From assembly GCA_036507075.1 (NCBI GenBank), contig DASXQR010000185.1, forward strand, positions 1 through 12,049: a stretch of DNA of 12,049 nt, given 5' to 3'. Below the pieces are notes generated by a model, which did not search any database, was not told where the DNA came from, and saw nothing but the letters and a program-made list of their open reading frames with translations. The DNA comes from Acidobacteriota bacterium. Lineage in GTDB: Bacteria; Acidobacteriota; UBA6911; JACQSX01. Every line of letters starts with the position of its first letter. Position 1 is the stretch's first letter. Positions 1-6,559 of this stretch are shown piece after piece. Made by a program: the position numbers and the translations under genes.

Positions 1-138
1 AGCCGCAGCCTCCGTTTCGGCTGGAGGATGGATCGATCGAGAGATGAATTTCAAATCGATAACAAACATTTTTGGACCGAAACTCATGTTAGTTAATAGC
101 TTAAGAGATTTTCGTAAAACCTTAACCGGACAGTAGTG
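1..138 (-). mobile_element. Probable terminal region (left end) of an insertion sequence, possibly IS4-family; transposase would lie outside the window
   Basis: The minus strand reads CACTACTGTCCGGTTAAGG from 138, which resembles IS4-family (DUF4372-type) termini as I recall them; not verified by search. It is followed by an AT-rich tract with an IHF-like box (AGTTAATAGCTTA, 91-103) and a minus-strand GGAGG (9-13) 8 nt from the window edge. No transposase or second inverted repeat is visible. Confidence 0.45.
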
Positions 139-139
139 A

Positions 140-323
140 TCCGTTGTCCGTTGTCAGTTGTCAGTTGTCAGTTGTAGTCAGTTGTCAGTTGTGGCGCTGC
201 CTTTTTGGCTCTGTAGTGAAGCATAACCACCGGAATGATGATCAGGAACTCAACCGCCAATCAGGAACAGATAACCACGGACAACTGACAACTGACCACT
301 GACAACTGACAACGGACCACGGA
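140..323. repeat. Inverted pair of heptamer tandem arrays, (TCMGTTG)7 / 83-nt spacer / (CMACKGA)7
   Basis: 140-191: TCCGTTG x2, TCAGTTG x3, TAG, TCAGTTG x2. 275-323: CCACGGA, CAACTGA x2, CCACTGA, CAACTGA, CAACGGA, CCACGGA, which are reverse-complement units. Confidence 0.95.
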
Positions 324-339
324 CAGCTTTATTTGCATT

Positions 340-1101
340 TCATTGTAACCCAATCACGGCAAACATCCTTCCAGCCAGAAGTCCGTCGCGTCGATAAGAA
401 GGAAATAAGTCTGCGCTGCATTTGGTGCAGAACGAATTGGACAGGATATGCTCCGGGCGTAATCCCAAGCTCAGAGCCTGCTCCGTGCTTGCTCGCTTCA
501 AATCAAGGCACTTTCGCTCGCTCCCCGGATGCGGGCAAAAGAATGCATGTGCCTCGGGATACTGCTGCTCAAAAGCGCTCAGGACTTCCGGCCCCACTTC
601 GTAACAGCAGTTTCCGATCCCGGGCCCAAGAGCCATCCACAAGTCTTCGGGCCGCGACCCGGAATCGATCAGTTCCCTGATGGCGGTCCCGGCAATGTTG
701 GCCAGTGTTCCGCGCCAGCCGGCATGAAGATTGCCGACAATCCTGCGTTTTGTGTCCACCAGCAGGATGGGTAAACAATCGGCCGTTTGCGTGAGCAGTA
801 ACGCGCCCGGGGCATCCCCAAGCCATCCGTCTCCCTGTTGTGGAATGGTTTTCTGCCTGCCGAACCAATGGACCTGGTTTCCATGCACCTGCCGCGTGAA
901 AACCAGCCGCTCCGGGCGCCCCAGGCAGCCAAGCAGTTGTTCCAGCCGCTCTCGTGTGTGCGGTTGATCGAGGGATCTTTGTTCCGGGGTCACGGTGAAA
1001 AGGTGAAAAACAAAAGGAAATCGTTTCAGTTCTTCAAAGAAAAGGTAACGATCGCCATGGCAGGATTCAAGACGAAGCATACCAAAGTCAAAGCGAGCCA
1101 T
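340..1101 (-). CDS. pgeF: PgeF/YfiH-family protein (peptidoglycan editing factor / purine nucleoside phosphorylase, laccase-domain)
   Basis: Family motifs QVHG, GDG, TADCLPILL, HAGWRG, GPGIGxCCYEVG, CTKC and FPSYRR-GRM. The start could be 1101 or the Met at 1080. Confidence 0.93.
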   Translation of the reverse strand: MARFDFGMLRLESCHGDRYLFFEELKRFPFVFHLFTVTPEQRSLDQPHTRERLEQLLGCLGRPERLVFTRQVHGNQVHWFGRQKTIPQQGDGWLGDAPGALLLTQTADCLPILLVDTKRRIVGNLHAGWRGTLANIAGTAIRELIDSGSRPEDLWMALGPGIGNCCYEVGPEVLSAFEQQYPEAHAFFCPHPGSERKCLDLKRASTEQALSLGLRPEHILSNSFCTKCSADLFPSYRRDGLLAGRMFAVIGLQ

Positions 1102-1102
1102 C

Positions 1103-1283
1103 CGGAATGCGGAATTCGGAATGCGGAATAAGGAGGCAACTTACTTTAGACTTTCTGTCTTGGTCGCAATTGACATTTGCAGATGTCTCCCACAAACTTC
1201 ATTCCGCATTCCGCATTCCGCATTCCGCATTCCACATTCCGCCTTCCACATTCCGCATTCCGCATTCCACATTCCGCAATCGA
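1103..1283. repeat. Inverted pair of heptamer tandem arrays, (CGGAATN)4 / 69-nt spacer / (CATTCCR)11-12
   Basis: 1103-1130: CGGAATG, CGGAATT, CGGAATG, CGGAATA. 1200-1276: eleven CATTCCG/CATTCCA/CCTTCCA units, plus a degenerate CAATCGA to 1283. Confidence 0.95.
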
Positions 1284-1304
1284 AAGCGCCTTCGCGGTGA
1301 GCTT

Positions 1305-1802
1305 TCACTCCGAGCTCAGTTTTTCCGCCGACACGGCGATGCCTTCTTCCATCTTTTTCTTCCACAATTCCAGCTTGCGGGCAAGAGGCTCATCGGATAA
1401 GGCGAGGATCTGGCAGGCCAGCACGGCTGCATTCTTCGCGCCCGCCTTTCCGATAGCCATGGCCGCAACCGGAACTCCCCCGGGCATCTGGGAAGTGGAC
1501 AAAAGGGAATCCAGGCCCGAAAGAGGCGAGCTGGCCAGCGGAACGCCGATCACCGGGCGCGTCGTCTCGGCGGCCACGACTCCCCCCAGATGCGCCGCCC
1601 CGCCGGCGCCCACGATAAAGACTTTCACCCCCTCCTTCTCCATCTGGGCGACCAGCTTTCGCGTACGAGCCGGAGAGCGATGCGCGGAGGTAACCGTGAC
1701 GTAGTAAGGGACTCCCATTTCACTCAGAAAGCGCGTGGCCTCGTTCATTACTTCGGCGTCGCTGGCGCTTCCCATGAAGATTGCCGTCTTGTACCGGCTC
1801 AT
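1305..1802 (-). CDS. purE: N5-carboxyaminoimidazole ribonucleotide mutase PurE
   Basis: Motifs MGSASD, SAHRSP, GAGGAAHL, PVIGVP, GLDSLLS-QMPGGVPVA and AKNAA; 165 aa; ATGA overlap with the purD stop. Confidence 0.97.
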   Translation of the reverse strand: MSRYKTAIFMGSASDAEVMNEATRFLSEMGVPYYVTVTSAHRSPARTRKLVAQMEKEGVKVFIVGAGGAAHLGGVVAAETTRPVIGVPLASSPLSGLDSLLSTSQMPGGVPVAAMAIGKAGAKNAAVLACQILALSDEPLARKLELWKKKMEEGIAVSAEKLSSE

Positions 1803-3076
1803 GCGGAAATCTCCAGCCCCGCCCCGATGTCGGACCGATAGCGCATGCCTTCAAACTGGATGGCGTTGACTGCTTCATAAGCGCGCAGTACGGCTTCGGG
1901 AAGAGAACCGGCTGTCGCTGAAATCATAAGAACGCGCCCTCCTGCAGTGACCACTCGCCCGTCGCGCAAGGCCGTGCCTGCATGGAAAACCTTAATATTG
2001 TCCATGTCTGAGGACATTTCAAGGCCGCTGATGATCTTCCCCGTCTGGTACTCTCCGGGGTATCCGCCTGAAGCCAGCACCACACACACGGCGCTGCGCA
2101 TACTCCATTCCAACACCTGTTCCTGCAGCGTTCGATCGGCTACCGACAGCAGCAGGTCGGCAAAATCGGATTGCAGCCGCGGCAGGATCACTTCCGTTTC
2201 CGGATCTCCCAGGCGCACATTGAACTCCAGCACCCTGGGACCTTCGTTGGTAATCATCAGCCCTGCGTACAACGCGCCCTGGAAAGGAAACCCTTCGCTC
2301 TCCATGGCGCGCAGCGTCGGTTGGATGATCTGTGACAGGATCTGCCTCTCGAGGGCCTCCTCAATCAAACCGGGGACGGAAACGGCGCCCATGCCGCCCG
2401 TGTTGGGACCGGCATCTCCGTCGTATGCCCGCTTATAGTCCTGGCTGGCGACCACGGGGGCGATGTTTCGCCCGTCGGTAAAAACCATGTAGGAGGCTTC
2501 GCGCCCGGTAACGAATTCTTCGAGCACCACGCGATCTCCGGCCGAACCGAACTGGCGCTTTTTGAAAATCGCCTCCAAAGCATCTACGGCTTCCCGCTCC
2601 GAAGCGCAAACAAACACACCCTTGCCCGCGGCCAGGCCATCAGCCTTGACCACCAGGGGGAAGCGCCACTCGCGGGCGATCTGATTTATCGCCTGGTCGT
2701 AGGATTCAACGGTGGCGTAGCGCGCCGTGGGTATTTTGTGGCGCGACATGAATTCCTTGGCGAAAACCTTGCTGCCTTCAAGACGGGCTGCGTTGCGTGA
2801 AGGTCCAACCAGCGGCAGGCTCCGTTTTTGAAATTCTTCGGAGATCCCTGCCACCAGGGGAGACTCGGGCCCCACGACCGTCAGGTCAATGGCCTGGGCC
2901 TCGGCAAAGTCGGCCAGCGACGCAAGATCATTGACCGGGATGGGAACATTTTCGAACTCTCGGGCAGTACCCGCATTTCCGGGCGCGACAAAAATCTTTG
3001 TTATCTTGGACGATTGGGAAAGTTTCCAGGCGATGGCATGTTCGCGCGCTCCGGGCCCGACTACCAGTATCTTCAT
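1799..3076 (-). CDS. purD: Phosphoribosylamine--glycine ligase PurD
   Basis: Motifs MKILVVGxGAREHA, APGNAG, VGPE, LEGSKxFAKEFM, KADGLAAGKGV, GPNTGGMGA, EFNVRLGDPE, FHAGT and GGRVL. Start reassigned to the ATG at 3076, which gives the canonical N-terminus and an ATGA overlap with the upstream stop; 425 aa. Confidence 0.97.
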   Translation of the reverse strand: MKILVVGPGAREHAIAWKLSQSSKITKIFVAPGNAGTAREFENVPIPVNDLASLADFAEAQAIDLTVVGPESPLVAGISEEFQKRSLPLVGPSRNAARLEGSKVFAKEFMSRHKIPTARYATVESYDQAINQIAREWRFPLVVKADGLAAGKGVFVCASEREAVDALEAIFKKRQFGSAGDRVVLEEFVTGREASYMVFTDGRNIAPVVASQDYKRAYDGDAGPNTGGMGAVSVPGLIEEALERQILSQIIQPTLRAMESEGFPFQGALYAGLMITNEGPRVLEFNVRLGDPETEVILPRLQSDFADLLLSVADRTLQEQVLEWSMRSAVCVVLASGGYPGEYQTGKIISGLEMSSDMDNIKVFHAGTALRDGRVVTAGGRVLMISATAGSLPEAVLRAYEAVNAIQFEGMRYRSDIGAGLEISA

Positions 3077-5169
3077 CTGGGAATTAACTCCACGCTGGTT
3101 ACGCGGTCTCCCACCTGTATCCGATCCACTGCGGAAATTCCGCCAGTGACCTGCGCGAAGACCGTATAGCCTCCGTCCAGGTGCGGCTGCGTCGAATGGC
3201 ATATGAAGTACTGGCTTCCACCGGTGTCCTTTCCCGACAGCGCCATTCCCACCGCACCGCGCTCGAAAGGCCGATCATTAATTTCGCACCGGATCGCATA
3301 GCCCGGCCCTCCGTCTGTGTCATTGCGAGGATCGCCGCCCTGGACCACAAAGTCAGGTACGACGCGCGGGAAAATCAGGTTATTGAAAACTCTCTTTTGT
3401 GCCAGCGTAATGAAGTTGTAGACAGTCAACGGGGCGTGTTCCCCCAGAAACTCGATTTTCCAGGATCCGCGATCTGTTTCAAACCGCGCCCCCGAATAGC
3501 TTTTCACAGTATTGATCGCGTTGACATAAAACTGATGATTGCGGCCGGTATTCACCAGTCCCGCCGTTTCGCCGGCGGACTGTTGAAATTTACCGGTGAG
3601 CAACTGCCGCGCTCTCAAACGCACATTTCGATCCGCATCCCGGGCGACGCTCTCCAGTCTCGGCACGGCGGCCGGCGCGCTCAGCGTCGCGAAAAAGTCG
3701 ACGGCAGCCAGACGCGCATCGGTTGTGCCTTCAGATTGAAACTGAAAATAACTCTGCAGCACTCGATCGGCGGCTTCCATCGACCAGGGCTGGACAGCGC
3801 CCGCGCGCCGGCTCAATTCCGCCAGCGCCTGTATGGCATGAGCGCGCAGTATGGGATCGGGATCGGCGAGATAGCGCCAAAAAGCTTCAGGTGCGACCGG
3901 TTTGCCTGTCTGGATGATGGCATCCAGACACCAGGGAAGAAGAAGTTTTCGACCTGCCGGCAACTGGCTGTCGAGAGAAACGAGCTTCTCGAGCGCAGCC
4001 TGCGAACCGTTTTCACCCAGAGCCAGGATCTTGGAGCGCTGCAACCAGAATGGATCCGAACTGATATCGACTTCGGCCGGAAAAGTTTCGTCTCCTTTAC
4101 GCGCTTTCGCCAGAGCCAGAACGGCTGCGGCTGAAGCCGGACGGCGCTGTTTGGCGAATTGCGCCACCACGTTCCAGCGCGGCGCGGCGCCGATGGAGCC
4201 CAAAGACTCGATCGCCGCGATCACCAGGTGCTCGTCTTCACCGCCTGTCACGGAGACGTATTTCTCAAGCAACGCTACCAGCCGCTCGCCGGCTGCCGGA
4301 CTCTTTGTGAGTCCCAGCCCGCGTGCCGCCTCGATGCGGACGGATAAATTGGAATCTTTTAACAGATCTGAAAGCCGTGAAACCACCTTCTCTCCAGCCA
4401 GGCCGCACGCTCGAGCGGCATGCGCCCGCACCTGGGCGGTCCTGTCATCCAGTAAAGAAACGATCTGCTCGGCTGCGGGAGCATCGCGCAGGCGATAAAT
4501 CGCGTTGGCCAGTTGCCAGCGCACTTCGGCAGAGGCGTGAGACTTCAGGAACAGGGCGCGGGAAAGAGCCGGCGTCGCCCCCAGCCGCGCCAAAGCCATC
4601 AGCGCGCGGGTGACAAACTCGACATTCTGAACATTGCTCTGAATTGCGGCCACGACGCTGTCGGCCATGTCTTTCTGGCCGCTTTTGCCGATGGCTTCCA
4701 CGGCACGAGTCCGAACCAGCGGATCCGAATCGCCCAATGCCGACAGCAGCGTAGAAATCCAATCCGCTCGAAGATCGAATCCTTCGTGCTGGCGGTTGGA
4801 AGTGTCCACAATTTCGCCGGCGGCGAAAAGAGCACGCGCTCGCACCAGCGGATTCAAGTCGACCAACCGCTCAAAGAGCCAGGGCAGCGCGCGTGGGTCT
4901 CCGATTCTGCCGAGCGCCAGCAGCGCCCGCATTTTGAATGCCGTATCCTTGGATCTGGTAAGGTCGAAAAGAAAATTGTCAGATCCGATCCAGCGGGAAT
5001 CTTCGCGCTGCAGGATGCGGGCAAAGGTGTCAACGGGACTGGGCTTGATCGCAACGGTGCGCGCTGCGCGGGTGTGGCGCCGAACCACACGTTTTCGTTT
5101 CTTCGCTTCGGCCGGCACTGCGGCGAGCAGGAACAGGATCAGGAAAATAGAGACGAACCTGCTTCTCAT
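3073..5169 (-). CDS. Exported HEAT-repeat protein with C-terminal cyclophilin-type peptidyl-prolyl isomerase domain
   Basis: From the Met at 5169 there is a signal-peptide-like MRSRFVSIFLILFLLAAVPAEA, then multiple HEAT-like units (e.g. LGDSDPLVRTRAVEAIG, LLKDSNLSVRIEAARGLG). The C-terminus has cyclophilin motifs APLTVYNF, RVVPDFVVQGGDP, GAVGMA-GKDTGGSQYFI and HLDGGYTVFAQV; 698 aa. Confidence 0.9.
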   Translation of the reverse strand: MRSRFVSIFLILFLLAAVPAEAKKRKRVVRRHTRAARTVAIKPSPVDTFARILQREDSRWIGSDNFLFDLTRSKDTAFKMRALLALGRIGDPRALPWLFERLVDLNPLVRARALFAAGEIVDTSNRQHEGFDLRADWISTLLSALGDSDPLVRTRAVEAIGKSGQKDMADSVVAAIQSNVQNVEFVTRALMALARLGATPALSRALFLKSHASAEVRWQLANAIYRLRDAPAAEQIVSLLDDRTAQVRAHAARACGLAGEKVVSRLSDLLKDSNLSVRIEAARGLGLTKSPAAGERLVALLEKYVSVTGGEDEHLVIAAIESLGSIGAAPRWNVVAQFAKQRRPASAAAVLALAKARKGDETFPAEVDISSDPFWLQRSKILALGENGSQAALEKLVSLDSQLPAGRKLLLPWCLDAIIQTGKPVAPEAFWRYLADPDPILRAHAIQALAELSRRAGAVQPWSMEAADRVLQSYFQFQSEGTTDARLAAVDFFATLSAPAAVPRLESVARDADRNVRLRARQLLTGKFQQSAGETAGLVNTGRNHQFYVNAINTVKSYSGARFETDRGSWKIEFLGEHAPLTVYNFITLAQKRVFNNLIFPRVVPDFVVQGGDPRNDTDGGPGYAIRCEINDRPFERGAVGMALSGKDTGGSQYFICHSTQPHLDGGYTVFAQVTGGISAVDRIQVGDRVTSVELIPR

Positions 5170-5180
5170 TGAAGGGAAGG

Positions 5181-5189
5181 AGTGTAGCA
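5181..5189 (-). promoter_or_regulatory. Putative extended -10 (TGcTACACT) for the HEAT/PPIase-purD-purE cluster
   Basis: The minus strand reads TGCTACACT-ccttcccttca-ATG(5169); there is no SD in the 11 intervening nt. Confidence 0.5.
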
Positions 5190-5223
5190 GATTTCGAAGG
5201 GCGAAGGTTGGTGCAAAGGCTGG

Positions 5224-5275
5224 CTTGGTGCCTTGGTGGTTCAAGGTTTTTTGACCACCAAGGCACCAAGACACC
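5224..5275. repeat. Inverted repeat built of 8-mer units (CTTGGTGC / RCACCAAG)
   Basis: CTTGGTGCCTTGGTGGT (5224-5240) is the exact reverse complement of ACCACCAAGGCACCAAG (5254-5270). A partial further unit, ACACC, follows. Confidence 0.9.
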
Positions 5276-5296
5276 ATATGCCGCTATCGCAGGCGC

Positions 5297-5302
5297 TATA
5301 AT
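5297..5302 (+). promoter_or_regulatory. Consensus -10 box for the radical SAM gene (probably leaderless transcript)
   Basis: TATAAT-caaaga-ATG(5309); no SD. Confidence 0.65.
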
Positions 5303-5308
5303 CAAAGA

Positions 5309-6385
5309 ATGGCCACGCAGATGAAATCGGCTTCTCCCGCACTGGCCGAAGTAATCGACCACATGGTGGTAGAAGGTGCGCCGGAGCTCTACCAGAAAAA
5401 AGAAGAGCAGAAGGTTCGCTGCTACGCCTGCGGCCATCGATGCCTGATCTTTGACGGCCAGCGCGGCGTGTGCAAAGTCCGTTACAACCGCGGCGGCCAA
5501 CTGTACGTGCCGCACGGGTATGTTGGCGCTTTGCAGTGCGATCCGATCGAGAAAAAACCGTTTTTTCACGTGCGCCCCGGGTCCGACATTCTCACATTCG
5601 GGATGCTCGGCTGCGATTATCACTGCGCCTATTGCCAGAACTGGGTTACTTCGCAGAGCCTGCGGGATTCCACGGCCGGAGTCGAGCCGATGCCCGTCAG
5701 CGCCGAACAACTGGTCGACATGGCCCAGCGCCGCGGATCGCGGATGCTCGCCAGCTCTTACAACGAGCCGCTGATAACTTCAGAGTGGGCTGTGGAGGTT
5801 TTCGATGCGGCGCGAAGACGGGGATTGCTGACCGGATACATCTCAAACGGAAACGGCACCCCGGAAGTCCTCAACTACCTGAGGCCGCATATCGATTTTT
5901 ACAAAGTGGATTTGAAGTCCATGTCCGACGCCAACTACCGGCGTCTCGGCGGGAAGCTGGAAACCGTGCTGGACACCATCGGCAGGCTGCATGCGCTGGG
6001 CCTGTGGGTTGAAATTGTCACCCTATTGATTCCAGGCTTTAACGACTCGGAAAGCGAATTGCAGTCAGCGGCGAAATTTCTCGCCGGGGTCTCAAACGCC
6101 ATCCCCTGGCATGTGACTGCTTTCCACAAAGATTACAAAATGACTGATCCCGACAATACCACGCCGGCCGCCCTGAAGCGCGCCGCCCAAATCGGACGGG
6201 ACCAGGGGCTGCAGTTTGTTTATGCCGGAAATCTTCCAGGGCGTGTGGGGGATCTGGAACACACCTATTGCCCGGCTTGCAGTGAGTTGCTGGTGGAGCG
6301 CTTCGGCTTTCAAGTGCTCAAATACCGGATCAAGGATGGTGGTTGTCCGAAATGCGGCACCAAGATTCCGGGGATTTGGAATTAG
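5309..6385 (+). CDS. amrS: AmmeMemoRadiSam-system radical SAM enzyme (PFL-activase-like)
   Basis: N-terminal CYACGHRC...GVCKVR, DPIEKKPFFH, radical SAM motif CDYHCAYCQNW, SYNEP, VDLK, PWHVTAFH, YAGN, and C-terminal CPAC...CPKCG. Confidence 0.9.
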   Translation: MATQMKSASPALAEVIDHMVVEGAPELYQKKEEQKVRCYACGHRCLIFDGQRGVCKVRYNRGGQLYVPHGYVGALQCDPIEKKPFFHVRPGSDILTFGMLGCDYHCAYCQNWVTSQSLRDSTAGVEPMPVSAEQLVDMAQRRGSRMLASSYNEPLITSEWAVEVFDAARRRGLLTGYISNGNGTPEVLNYLRPHIDFYKVDLKSMSDANYRRLGGKLETVLDTIGRLHALGLWVEIVTLLIPGFNDSESELQSAAKFLAGVSNAIPWHVTAFHKDYKMTDPDNTTPAALKRAAQIGRDQGLQFVYAGNLPGRVGDLEHTYCPACSELLVERFGFQVLKYRIKDGGCPKCGTKIPGIWN

Positions 6386-6386
6386 G

Positions 6387-6555
6387 CATTCAGTCATTCA
6401 GTCAATCAGTCATTCAGTCAATCAGTCAATCAGTCATTCAGTCCTTCAGTCCATCAGTCCATCAGTCCATCAGGCAATCAGGTTATTGTCAGTTATACGA
6501 CTGAGAAACTGAGAAACTGAGAGACTGAGAGACTGAGAGACTGAGACACCGAAAT
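6387..6555. repeat. Inverted pair of octamer tandem arrays, (CMWTCAGK)12 / 17 nt / (ACTGAGAN)6-7
   Basis: 6387-6482: twelve units CATTCAGT/CAATCAGT/CCTTCAGT/CCATCAGT/CCATCAGG/CAATCAGG. 6500-6547: ACTGAGAA x2, ACTGAGAG x3, ACTGAGAC, then a degenerate ACCGAAAT. The element fills the gap between two convergent stop codons. Confidence 0.95.
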
Positions 6556-6559
6556 CAAG

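Noticed and set aside
235..288. Tiny ORF MMIRNSTANQEQITTDN in the first element's spacer
   Set aside because: Only 17 codons, no SD, and it runs into the repeat arm; not supportable.
1282..1306. Hairpin GAAAGC...GCTTTC overlapping the purE stop as an intrinsic terminator
   Set aside because: The stem is interrupted and there is no real U-tract on the minus strand; too weak to call.
1107..1704. ORFs 1107..1400 (+), 1141..1365 (-) and 1177..1704 (+) with repetitive peptides (MRNAECG / FRIPHSA)
   Set aside because: These are translations of the heptamer array, overlapping or antisense to purE; there is no independent coding evidence.
3077..3202. 42-aa N-terminal extension of PurD in the ORF track
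   Set aside because: It overlaps the cyclophilin domain of the upstream gene; the canonical PurD start at 3076 gives an ATGA overlap.
5170..5277. 36-aa N-terminal extension of the HEAT/PPIase ORF
   Set aside because: It runs through the octamer inverted repeat and the putative promoter; the signal peptide begins at Met 5169.
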